Below the pieces are notes generated by a model, which ran no database searches, had not been told where the DNA came from, and saw only the letters and a program-made list of their open reading frames with translations. Position numbers and translations under genes: made by a program. DNA of 64,000 nucleotides from an uncultured Gammaproteobacteria bacterium (GTDB lineage Bacteria > Patescibacteriota > Microgenomatia > UBA10105 > UBA927), in the NCBI GenBank assembly GCA_964349125.1, contig CAYGFH010000001.1, forward strand, positions 261,408-325,407, written 5' to 3'. Shown piece after piece: positions 1-8,722 of the stretch (positions are counted from its first letter, which is position 1; each line of letters starts with the position of its first letter).

Positions 1-560
1 TATTTTAGTTACTCGTTTTAACCCAGTTGCCGTACCTTTCACTCCGTACACTATGGAACCGACCACGCCTATTTCGCTGTATGCATCACTTCTGACTATG
101 TGTCGCATTGCCACATTGCGGGCTCCTGCCCATCCGCAAAACGCGTCGTGCATAGCAACAATACCGCCCTTTGTCACAAATTTCGACCATACCAGATAAT
201 CTTCACTCGCATGTGGCTCATCATGAAGGCCGTCTATAAAGAGCAGTTTTATTGGTTTCTTCCACATCTTGGCTGCGGTTTTAGACGTCGTAACAAGTGC
301 TGTGATTTTTTTTGAAACGCCGGCACGTGAGATATTTTTCCTGAAATTACCATATGTGGGAGCCAGCACACCGCCGCTCACATTGCCTTTATGCGGATCT
401 ATTGCTGTGACATGCACACTCCCCTGTGCCAAAAAAATAGTGGACTTGCCCTCATAGCTTCCTATCTCAACAACTTCGCCCGGAAGAGAATTTTGACACC
501 CTGCAGCTTTGAGTAAAAAGGCGCCCTCATGGGGAGTAAGCCATCCGGGGATAGTGTAAA
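1..560 (-). CDS. class I SAM-dependent methyltransferase (partial; C-terminus lies beyond window start)
   Basis: Manual minus-strand translation from the ATG at 560-558 gives MSVSWVYTIPGWLTPHEGAFLLKAAGC...VVEIGSYEGKST...LFIDGLHDE..., typical of Methyltransf_24/FkbM-like SAM methyltransferases. The frame stays open to position 1. It is not in the ORF track because it is truncated. Confidence 0.5.
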
Positions 561-572
561 CCCATGACACGC

Positions 573-1304
573 TCATTTTTGGGCAACGATTATAAGATTT
601 GCACTGGAGTGTTCGTCATAGGGTTGGAATGCATAGTCACCGAAGTAGGAAACGTCACGAAACGGCACTGTTGTGAGAGCCTGCGATATGACGGACTTTC
701 TCATGGCATTATATGTCGTGGAGGTAAACGCGTGTTCCATTTGTGAGTCACCACGCTTAACATATAAAATATTAAACGTCATCGTCGTATCGGTATAGTC
801 ACATATAAAATAAAATGCATCGTTCTGATTAATACGTGCAGGAATAAATTTGGGTTTTGTGTCCAATAAAGAATCCGTAATACCGTTTGTAATCACCAGT
901 ACCCCACCGGGATTCAGTGCATCATGCATAGATTGCAGTGCAGTATGTAAATCCGCCGGATTCAGCATGTATGGCAAACTTGTGGTCAGACATGTAACCA
1001 TATCGAATTTTTCTGACCATGATGCTTGAAGTTCTCTAAAATCCTGTTGTTTGAGAGGAATATGTAATCCGTTTGTATTCTCTGCGGCTATCTTAAGCAT
1101 CTCACCAGAAATATCCGACCCCGATGCGCGCAAACCCATCTCATGAAACAGAGATAGATGTATCCCGGTACCACAGGCACAATCAAGGACAGTACCTACA
1201 TTGTATTTTTCCACCAACGAATCGAAAAACGGACGCTGAAGATACACATCCTCTTTTGGGTTTAAAATATCATAAATGTCAGCAAGAATTTTATACTCGT
1301 CCAT
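573..1304 (-). CDS. class I SAM-dependent methyltransferase
   Basis: 243-aa ORF containing the SAM-binding motif LDCACGTG (GxGxG-like) and an acidic residue after beta-2 (GSDISGEM). Confidence 0.7.
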   Translation of the reverse strand: MDEYKILADIYDILNPKEDVYLQRPFFDSLVEKYNVGTVLDCACGTGIHLSLFHEMGLRASGSDISGEMLKIAAENTNGLHIPLKQQDFRELQASWSEKFDMVTCLTTSLPYMLNPADLHTALQSMHDALNPGGVLVITNGITDSLLDTKPKFIPARINQNDAFYFICDYTDTTMTFNILYVKRGDSQMEHAFTSTTYNAMRKSVISQALTTVPFRDVSYFGDYAFQPYDEHSSANLIIVAQK

Positions 1305-1312
1305 ACTGTATA

Positions 1313-1579
1313 TTATGTTACATCACCGTTTTCTGTAATCTTTTCATCTTCGTACGGACCGATAATATGCCTGTATAATTCATGTGCGATTGCCGAAAGC
1401 ACTCCCATGGCGCGGTTATAGTGAAAGTATTTTCTCGGATATACATGTTTGATAATCCGTGTGACTGAATAATTGAGTACTCCGTCCTGCTCCTCCATCG
1501 GAAGTTTTTTTATGTACTCCAAGAGCGGCTCCATTTTAGAATCGACATCGGGTCTTTGATTGTTCAATATATATGGCAT
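1313..1579 (-). CDS. hypothetical small protein
   Basis: 88-aa ORF packed tightly between flanking minus-strand genes. No recognisable motif. Confidence 0.3.
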   Translation of the reverse strand: MPYILNNQRPDVDSKMEPLLEYIKKLPMEEQDGVLNYSVTRIIKHVYPRKYFHYNRAMGVLSAIAHELYRHIIGPYEDEKITENGDVT

Positions 1580-1602
1580 ACTATCCTCCTGTCGCTAGAA
1601 TA

Positions 1603-2478
1603 TCACGTACGTGTTTTAATCGCATCTATAATTTGGGAATAATCATAATCCGACAACCCCTGCTCGTCTGCTCGGATATACGCTGATTCCACGAGCGATA
1701 AAAGGGAGAAATCGCTATCTGTATTTTTTTCCTGCGATGCCAGAGACAAATCCTTACGCATGTTTTTTATCGTGAAATTCAACGGGTATTGTCCGGTGAC
1801 ATAGTTTTGAATTTTTCGCGTCATAGCCAGTGAAACTGCGGGTGTCGTAGAAAGAGCATCGGCCAGGGATTTACGGGACAAACCCATCGCATCAGCGAGA
1901 ATCATCCCTTCTGATAACGACACCAGTGAACTTGCGATAAGAAAGTTGTTTATCATCTTTATTGCCTGCCCAGATCCGACACCTCCCATATAGTGCAAAT
2001 TGTTCCCCATGGATTCAAATACTGCACGAAGACGATCATATGTTTCCCTGGAACCGCCAACAAATATTGTCAGTTCTCCTGTTTGAGCTCCGTATGTGCC
2101 ACCTGTTACCGGTGCGTCCAGAAATTCCAATCCATATCGTTCCAATTTCTTACCGATTGCACAGGCTGCAGTTGGCCCTATGGTACTCATATCAATGAGG
2201 ACACGAGTCTTCCCATTTGCGGTGATTACGCCGTGCTGTCCAAAAACAACATCTTCCACATCACGGGCTGCAGTCACCATGGTAATAATCACATCGCAGT
2301 GTTCCACAAGCTCTTTGGGTGAAGAGACGACACGGACTCCAAGTTTTTTAAATTCGTCAGCTTTTCCGCTTGAACGGTTATAGACTGACAGCGGGAATCC
2401 GGCCGAATGAATATTTTTTGCCATGAGATTTCCCATCAGGCCCAGCCCTATAAAACCGATCGACATAGTGTGTTTCAT
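1603..2478 (-). CDS. NAD(P)-dependent oxidoreductase, 3-hydroxyisobutyrate dehydrogenase / 2-hydroxy-3-oxopropionate reductase family
   Basis: N-terminal Rossmann motif IGFIGLGLMGNLMAKN. Length 291 aa and the overall pattern are typical of the HIBADH family. Confidence 0.75.
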   Translation of the reverse strand: MKHTMSIGFIGLGLMGNLMAKNIHSAGFPLSVYNRSSGKADEFKKLGVRVVSSPKELVEHCDVIITMVTAARDVEDVVFGQHGVITANGKTRVLIDMSTIGPTAACAIGKKLERYGLEFLDAPVTGGTYGAQTGELTIFVGGSRETYDRLRAVFESMGNNLHYMGGVGSGQAIKMINNFLIASSLVSLSEGMILADAMGLSRKSLADALSTTPAVSLAMTRKIQNYVTGQYPLNFTIKNMRKDLSLASQEKNTDSDFSLLSLVESAYIRADEQGLSDYDYSQIIDAIKTRT

Positions 2479-3305
2479 ATAAAATATTGATTTCTGTTTT
2501 TTATTTCTCCGATAATCAATTGAATCATATCGTCATATGAATATTCAGGCAAGTGCAGCGAACGGAGTTTCGTAAGATCTTCTGTGAGTACAACACCGTG
2601 ATCGTCAGCATCAAGTACACCCACAGTAATACCAAATGCACCAAGGATATCGCGGGCAACATCAAATCGTGTTTTGAGATCGGCAGTCCCAACAGGTATC
2701 GTCTCACCCCAAATTCCTGATTCCAAAGAGTGGTGTATCACAGCGGAGATATGTCCGATGTATGTTGGCTGAAATTTCCATGTAGTATCATACACAACAT
2801 CTGATTTTGCCTCCAGATGTCGAAGCATTTTATTAAATGACCGATCACTTGTTGAATTTGGACTGACTCCCAAAATGAGAGAAGGCCTAATAATGAGATA
2901 TCGTACCCCTGATTTTTTTAGGAGTGATTCAGCTTCATGTTTGGTTCTGCCATACACGGTTGACATATCCACGGCAGAGTATGAAGAAATATATATAACG
3001 GAAGCTGAAGTTGTTCTGGCCGCATCTATTATATAGTTCATAGATGTTTGATTCACACGAATTGCCTCGTCAGGGTGTGCCTCACACCATGCCGGACTAG
3101 CGTTATTTGCGGCATGAATAATGACATCCGGAAAAATATCGGAAATAACCGTTGAGACAGCGGAGACATCAGTTACATCCAGATGAACATATTCATCGGA
3201 TAGATTGTGGGAAGAAAATGTACCCACAACGTCATGATGTTGCTTCAGATCCCTATATAGTCTGGCACCTAAATAACTGCTTGCTCCAATCAGTAAGAGT
3301 TTCAT
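2475..3305 (-). CDS. NAD-dependent epimerase/dehydratase family protein (RmlD-like sugar-nucleotide reductase)
   Basis: N-terminal MKLLLIGASSYLGARLY glycine-rich Rossmann motif. 276 aa. Overlaps the upstream gene by 4 bp, suggesting an operon. Confidence 0.6.
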   Translation of the reverse strand: MKLLLIGASSYLGARLYRDLKQHHDVVGTFSSHNLSDEYVHLDVTDVSAVSTVISDIFPDVIIHAANNASPAWCEAHPDEAIRVNQTSMNYIIDAARTTSASVIYISSYSAVDMSTVYGRTKHEAESLLKKSGVRYLIIRPSLILGVSPNSTSDRSFNKMLRHLEAKSDVVYDTTWKFQPTYIGHISAVIHHSLESGIWGETIPVGTADLKTRFDVARDILGAFGITVGVLDADDHGVVLTEDLTKLRSLHLPEYSYDDMIQLIIGEIKNRNQYFI

Positions 3306-3431
3306 AACCGTATTATCGCATGGATATACCGTTCACGATCACAATTGTTACGAGTATAAACCTATCTACGCTGTTTTGGTATCCTAGTATGTGCAAAATG
3401 CACAGGACTGGTATATCCCATTGCCTACACG

Positions 3432-3992
3432 ATGTATACTTCTACAAATACTATGCCATCCCCTGCTGTTCTCATCATCGGTTTGATTTTAGGCGTGTCG
3501 GCGGTTATGCTCCCGAGACTTGACGGGTCATCACACGTACAAGGCCCGCTTACATCCTCTGACGGAAAGGCTATTGTTTTGGATTTTTCTACTCCAACAC
3601 CAACAGCAACCTCAACGCCCAGCCCTACTCCATCCCCAAAACCGACTCACACTCCAACGCCGACAATCACTCTTTCACCAACGCCGACTCCGTACACCTA
3701 TTCCAGGGAGCAGATGGATGAATGGTTTACCAGATATGCGAACCACTACAGTGTGGACAGGTCGAAACTTTGGAATATTGCCGTATGTGAAACGGGACTC
3801 CGGCCGAATGCAGTCAATTGGATTTACGGAGGATTATTTCAATTTTCGCCAAACACCTGGGTGTCAAACAGGAAACTGATGGGAATGGACACAAATGCTG
3901 ATTTACGATTTAATCCGGAAGAGGCCATCCGTACAGGCGCGTTTGTGTTATCTACCCGAGGATCAGGAGCATGGCCGAGTTGCGCAAAATAA
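3432..3992 (+). CDS. secreted transglycosylase-like (Rpf/SLT-like) protein with Pro/Thr-rich linker
   Basis: N-terminal transmembrane/signal segment, a PT-rich linker (TPTPTATSTPSPTPSPKPTHTPTPTITLSPTPTP), and a C-terminal domain (VCETGLRPNAVNW..GLFQFS..TW) resembling the transglycosylase-like PF06737 family. Confidence 0.6.
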   Translation: MYTSTNTMPSPAVLIIGLILGVSAVMLPRLDGSSHVQGPLTSSDGKAIVLDFSTPTPTATSTPSPTPSPKPTHTPTPTITLSPTPTPYTYSREQMDEWFTRYANHYSVDRSKLWNIAVCETGLRPNAVNWIYGGLFQFSPNTWVSNRKLMGMDTNADLRFNPEEAIRTGAFVLSTRGSGAWPSCAK

Positions 3993-4038
3993 CAGAAACA
4001 GTCAGGCGTAGCAATCGCGAGTATAGTACTCTGCTTTC

Positions 4039-4599
4039 ATGAAACCGAAAAAGTACGATACAATACGTACCATGCGTATAGAAGCAATAGCTGTCACATC
4101 ACGCGATGGAAAAATCACAAATAGTGCTGGCGATTCGCATTCATGGATTTCCGAAGAAGACCAACAGGTATTTTCCAGAATCAAATCAGGGTTCCCTCTC
4201 ATTGTCATGGGTAGAAAAACATATGAAGCAATTAAACCGGTTCTAAAGCTTTCGCCCTCGGTGTTGCGGGTCGTGCTCACACATACTCCAGAGGCGTATG
4301 CGGATGAGGCAGTTCCCAATGAGCTTGAGTTTATGTCAGCATCGCCAACAGATCTCATAAATCTGTTGGAACGTCGGGGATACACTTCCATGCTTCTGGC
4401 AGGCGGAGCGAATGTCTATACAGAATTTATTCGCGAGCACCTTGTTGACAGACTGCACATTACCGTTGAGCCGATTGTGTTTGGCGGTGGACTCCCTTTT
4501 GTTGATCGAATTGATATACAAGATATCACCACACGCCTTGAATCCAGGCAATTAAACGATAGCGGAACGGTATATACCTTGTACGAATGTAATAACTAA
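4039..4599 (+). CDS. dihydrofolate reductase family protein (RibD C-terminal domain-like)
   Basis: Motifs MGRKTYE and LLAGGANVYTEF. About 186 aa, typical of the RibD_C/DHFR-like family. Confidence 0.65.
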   Translation: MKPKKYDTIRTMRIEAIAVTSRDGKITNSAGDSHSWISEEDQQVFSRIKSGFPLIVMGRKTYEAIKPVLKLSPSVLRVVLTHTPEAYADEAVPNELEFMSASPTDLINLLERRGYTSMLLAGGANVYTEFIREHLVDRLHITVEPIVFGGGLPFVDRIDIQDITTRLESRQLNDSGTVYTLYECNN

Positions 4600-4600
4600 T

Positions 4601-5341
4601 ATGCATATCACTACCATACGGACAGAAAAAATCACGCCACGTTCCACTTCTGTGGATGAGTTATTAACAAGGTACTGTGCGGATATAGAAGAAAATACAA
4701 TTATCGTCATCACTTCGAAAGTTGTATCAATGTGCGAAGGGTCAGTCGTGAAAAAGAGCACACAGACAAAAGGAGATCTGGCTGCCGCTGAAGCGGATCT
4801 CTATATACCACCTTCCCGGAGTAAATACGATGTCACACTCACCATAAAAAATAACCAACTGATTCCATCTGCGGGTATTGATGAATCCAACAGTGACGGA
4901 CACTTTGTATTTTGGCCGAAGGATCCGCAAAAGAGCGCAAACACGGCACGTGAATATATGGTGAACACGTTTGGTAAAAAAAACACCGGTGTGATTATCT
5001 CCGACAGTAAGACCACTCCTCTTCGCTGGGGCATAACCGGCACTTCTATCGCGCATAGCGGATTTGTGGCGTTAAATGACTACATCGGAAAACCTGATAT
5101 ATTCGGCAGGCCACTTACGATGACCAAAGTAAATGTTGTTGACGCACTCGCTGCGGCTGCTGTACTGGTAATGGGTGAATCAAACGAACAGACACCGCTT
5201 GCAATCATAACCGATGTTCCGTTTGTAGAGTTCCAGGGGCGAAACCCCACCAACCAGGAACTGGATGACCTGCATATCCCCCTTGAGGATGACGTGTACG
5301 CCCCGATTCTCACTACAGCAGATTGGGTACAGCGGAAGTAA
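4601..5341 (+). CDS. F420-0:gamma-glutamyl ligase (CofE)-like protein
   Basis: ITSKVVSMCEGSVV and a Gly-rich core resemble the CofE family. The start is 2 bp after the stop of the DHFR-like gene, so they are probably co-transcribed. Confidence 0.6.
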   Translation: MHITTIRTEKITPRSTSVDELLTRYCADIEENTIIVITSKVVSMCEGSVVKKSTQTKGDLAAAEADLYIPPSRSKYDVTLTIKNNQLIPSAGIDESNSDGHFVFWPKDPQKSANTAREYMVNTFGKKNTGVIISDSKTTPLRWGITGTSIAHSGFVALNDYIGKPDIFGRPLTMTKVNVVDALAAAAVLVMGESNEQTPLAIITDVPFVEFQGRNPTNQELDDLHIPLEDDVYAPILTTADWVQRK

Positions 5342-5345
5342 TGAA

Positions 5346-5894
5346 TTAGCCGTTCGTTTTGAGTTTCACCGCGTATTTTTCTCTCAGATGCGCTAATTTT
5401 GGTGAGATAACCACTTGACAATATGGCATGTATGAATTTTTTGCATAATACTCTTTGTGTGATAGGTCTGCTTCAAAAAACATATCCAATTGCTTAATTT
5501 CCGTTACGATACCTGTCTTGAATTCGCCAGAATTATTCAGTTCATATATAAGATCCTGCACGACTATGCGCTGCTGTTCATTTGTGTACAGTACGATTGA
5601 GCGGTACTGTGTTCCTTCATCCGCTCCCTGGCGATTCAGCGATGTTGGATCATGTGTATGGAAGAATATATCAAGAACATCCCGAAGAGGTATGATATAC
5701 GGATCGAATTCTATTTTCACAACCTCGGCATGACCGGTTTTTCCGGTACACACCATTTCATAGGTAGGATTTGCCACACTGCCCCCTGCGTATCCGGGCT
5801 GAAGTGAGATAACGCCACGAACGAGACTGAAGACAGCCTCTACACACCAAAAACACCCTCCACCCAACACTATTGTTTGATTATTTGTCTGCAT
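5346..5894 (-). CDS. msrA: peptide methionine sulfoxide reductase MsrA
   Basis: Active-site motif GGGCFWC near the N-terminus. 182 aa. Confidence 0.85.
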   Translation of the reverse strand: MQTNNQTIVLGGGCFWCVEAVFSLVRGVISLQPGYAGGSVANPTYEMVCTGKTGHAEVVKIEFDPYIIPLRDVLDIFFHTHDPTSLNRQGADEGTQYRSIVLYTNEQQRIVVQDLIYELNNSGEFKTGIVTEIKQLDMFFEADLSHKEYYAKNSYMPYCQVVISPKLAHLREKYAVKLKTNG

Positions 5895-6273
5895 GCTTAG
5901 GAATGAATTTCAATGAAATAGAATTGATACAATGTCGTGTGTTTTTGGGCGTGAGTTGTTCCCCCACAAACACGTGCCCCAAGTGCCCTCCACAGCGAGC
6001 ACATATGATTTCGGTACGATCACCATCGATATCCGGTTGTTTTTTTACACCCCCTGGAATTTCCTGATCAAAGCTTGGCCAACCGCAACCAGAATGAAAT
6101 TTTGCATCAGATACATAGAGCGGGTTATCACACTGACGACACATATACGTGCCTTCGACGAAAAAATCATAATATGTACCGCTTCCTGGGATCTCGGTTT
6201 TTTTGTGAATAAGGACATCCGTCTCTTCGGAGGTCAGATGATTGTATGCCATATCTCCAGTATACCAGCACAA
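5881..6273 (-). CDS. msrB: peptide methionine-R-sulfoxide reductase MsrB
   Basis: CxxC...CxxC zinc motifs ([14 protein letters not shown]) and the RHCINS catalytic motif. Overlaps msrA by 14 bp, suggesting an msrB-msrA operon. Confidence 0.85.
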   Translation of the reverse strand: MCWYTGDMAYNHLTSEETDVLIHKKTEIPGSGTYYDFFVEGTYMCRQCDNPLYVSDAKFHSGCGWPSFDQEIPGGVKKQPDIDGDRTEIICARCGGHLGHVFVGEQLTPKNTRHCINSISLKFIPKHADK

Positions 6274-6313
6274 AAGGCATAAAGTATTCTATACTGATAC
6301 TTGGAGATACTTT

Positions 6314-8722
6314 GTGAATATCCAACAGCACAATCACCAGCGGGATATAACAATAGACGCTATGCGGGGAATTGCCGTCATGCTCATGATATTGGCTCAC
6401 GCGATATTCTTTTTTCATGACGGTACGAGTGTATTTTTAAACCTATTTGAACGGTTTGCAAACACCGTGACTCTCACTCTCTTCATATTTGTTTCGGGGA
6501 TATCCACTGCAAAATCAGCAGCGAAATCAAGCCACCTGACTCTGAAAGAACAAAGTATTTCCACGGTAAAATATATCGGCGTTATATACTTTGTGTATGC
6601 GACAGCAGTAATTGTATACTTTGCGCTGACCCGCGAAGTATTAACAGATATAGCCCGTAGCGAAAAAATCATCAGTGCCTTGGTATTCCTGAGCCCCCCA
6701 AATTTCATGGAATACATGATACTTTTTATGTTTTTTCCCCTACTCTCGCACGTCAGACGATTATCTGGATACATCAAACATGTACAACTCTCACAACTGA
6801 TCATCGGAGTGAGTGTTTGTTATGCGGCAGGGTTGTATCTGTACACACTTCCTGCCGAGGGAGTTTTGCTTTCTATAAAAGAGTTGATAGTGGGAGGTGA
6901 TCAACTTCTCCGATTCCCCTTACTATTCTATCTTCCTATATATATGGTAGGCATGTGGTGGGAATCCCGGCACTCACCTTTAGTTCTCGGATTATTTTCC
7001 ATCTTCACTCTGACTCTGCATATTAGCTCTATTGCGCTGGGTTCTCCCGTGTTATCTCTTGATGTGCGGTGGCCACCATCTGTCGGGTTTCTGACTGTGG
7101 GAGTAACAACAGCTATGTTTATTCAATATGCGCTTATGTACCTAAGCACAATTCCCCGTGTGAGACGTGTTACCGCGTATGTTTCGTATATCGGGAAAGA
7201 CGCGCTGGATTTTTGGCTCTCACACATAGTAATTCTTTTGATATATCAATATGCCATTTCATACAAGAGTCCGCATATCCTGGTGGTCCTGTCTATGACT
7301 GTCGCAGTGCTGCTTATTTCCACAATCGTCTCTTCTATCGGAATCACAAATGCGATATCACTTAAAAAAATTGGACCTCTTTCCATAGTGCCGCTCTCTA
7401 CAAGAAGATTCAGGAAGCGGTACATTACTCTGCTGTTTTTTTCCGGATTAGTTATAGGTACAACACTTCTCACTGTACCGTCCAATACGTTATACGGATC
7501 TGCAATGCCAAGTAATTCTTTTGCCGGAATAGTCAGGACTTCGGAAATCCGGGAAGTACGATTACACTCCGAGCGGAAATGGCATATTCGAAGCGGTAAC
7601 ACTGTTTCATCTGTGGATATATCACTTGAAGCGTTCGATCAATACAATAAACCAGCCAGTGTGGAATCGTCACGAATACAACTCTATGCCGCACAGTCAC
7701 TGCTTTCAAATGCAGTTATAGACGCAACGGATACCGGTGCCAGAATACGTATCCCCGCGTCTGTGTTTCCGTCGGGGACAATTGAGCTGTCTGCTAAGAT
7801 TCAATCAGCGGATACATATATTGAGACAAACACAGTATCCATACTTGTATCGGAACCTCTCTATGTGGCGTGGACGTTTGACTGGGAAGGCTGGGAAGTG
7901 AGTCAGGATGCTATCGCAAAACTTATTGAAATTCAAAAAATATATGCACCCATCCCGTATACGCATTTCGTAAATCCGAGAATATTTATTACAAATTCAT
8001 TGTCAGAAACCCAAAATGCATATAGTAAAGAATACCTTCTTAATCAACAATCAGCAGGTAATGAAATTGCGCTCCATTTGCACATGCACTACGACCTTGT
8101 CGAAGCCGCAGGAGTCACTCCCCAAACTAAGACACACTGGGGACTCAGGTCTGCAGAAGGATATGATGTCCCAACGACAGAGTATACCCCGCAGGATTTT
8201 GAAAAGATTGTTGCCAAAGCGAATGATATTCTCCAAGAAACTGGGTTCACAAATGTTAACGGTTATAGGGCCGGAGGATGGTTCATATCAACGGAGCAGC
8301 TCCAGGTATTGCAATCGCTTGGTTTTACGTATGACTCATCAGGCAGAGATAAACCGGCGTCCGGTGCATTTAAAAATATTCCCTGGAATTTACCTCTCGG
8401 CGCCCAGCCATATACGATTTCCAGCGGTAAAGACGGTGAACATCCAGGACAAACATTCTTGGAAATCCCAAATAATGGAGGCTCCACATATGAGCAAACA
8501 GTAGCGGAACTTCGAAAACGTATCTCTGATGTGTATATATCTGGGCCACTTGATGAACCAAAATCGCTTGTATTTGTCTCTCACCCACAATTTGCCTCCC
8601 GTGAGTTTCCAAAAATTCCGGAGATACTCAACACTGTATTGAACCAGTCATATAGGAACGATACCGGTCCGGTAGTATTTTCGACGGTTCGCGATATTCA
8701 AACACAATGGAAATCCCAATAA
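6314..8722 (+). CDS. membrane acyltransferase-3 family domain fused to a polysaccharide-deacetylase-like (NodB/CE4-like) C-terminal domain
   Basis: The N-terminus (DAMRGIAVMLMILAH) and about 10 predicted transmembrane helices are typical of acyltransferase_3. The C-terminal ~350 aa carry TFDWEGW, HLHMHYD and RAGGW motifs resembling NodB-type deacetylases. The start is uncertain (GTG 6314 or ATG 6362); the ORF-track start at 6242 overlaps msrB. Confidence 0.55.
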   Translation: MNIQQHNHQRDITIDAMRGIAVMLMILAHAIFFFHDGTSVFLNLFERFANTVTLTLFIFVSGISTAKSAAKSSHLTLKEQSISTVKYIGVIYFVYATAVIVYFALTREVLTDIARSEKIISALVFLSPPNFMEYMILFMFFPLLSHVRRLSGYIKHVQLSQLIIGVSVCYAAGLYLYTLPAEGVLLSIKELIVGGDQLLRFPLLFYLPIYMVGMWWESRHSPLVLGLFSIFTLTLHISSIALGSPVLSLDVRWPPSVGFLTVGVTTAMFIQYALMYLSTIPRVRRVTAYVSYIGKDALDFWLSHIVILLIYQYAISYKSPHILVVLSMTVAVLLISTIVSSIGITNAISLKKIGPLSIVPLSTRRFRKRYITLLFFSGLVIGTTLLTVPSNTLYGSAMPSNSFAGIVRTSEIREVRLHSERKWHIRSGNTVSSVDISLEAFDQYNKPASVESSRIQLYAAQSLLSNAVIDATDTGARIRIPASVFPSGTIELSAKIQSADTYIETNTVSILVSEPLYVAWTFDWEGWEVSQDAIAKLIEIQKIYAPIPYTHFVNPRIFITNSLSETQNAYSKEYLLNQQSAGNEIALHLHMHYDLVEAAGVTPQTKTHWGLRSAEGYDVPTTEYTPQDFEKIVAKANDILQETGFTNVNGYRAGGWFISTEQLQVLQSLGFTYDSSGRDKPASGAFKNIPWNLPLGAQPYTISSGKDGEHPGQTFLEIPNNGGSTYEQTVAELRKRISDVYISGPLDEPKSLVFVSHPQFASREFPKIPEILNTVLNQSYRNDTGPVVFSTVRDIQTQWKSQ

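Noticed and set aside
3590-3700. CCAAC/ACGCC-rich repetitive DNA
   Set aside because: It encodes the Pro/Thr linker of the Rpf-like protein.
4002-4391. 129-aa minus-strand ORF
   Set aside because: It is entirely antisense to the well-supported DHFR-like gene (4039-4599) and has no motif. It is a shadow ORF.
6415-6804. 129-aa minus-strand ORF and other antisense ORFs across 6.2-8.7 kb
   Set aside because: Antisense to the large acyltransferase-3 membrane protein, with no independent support.
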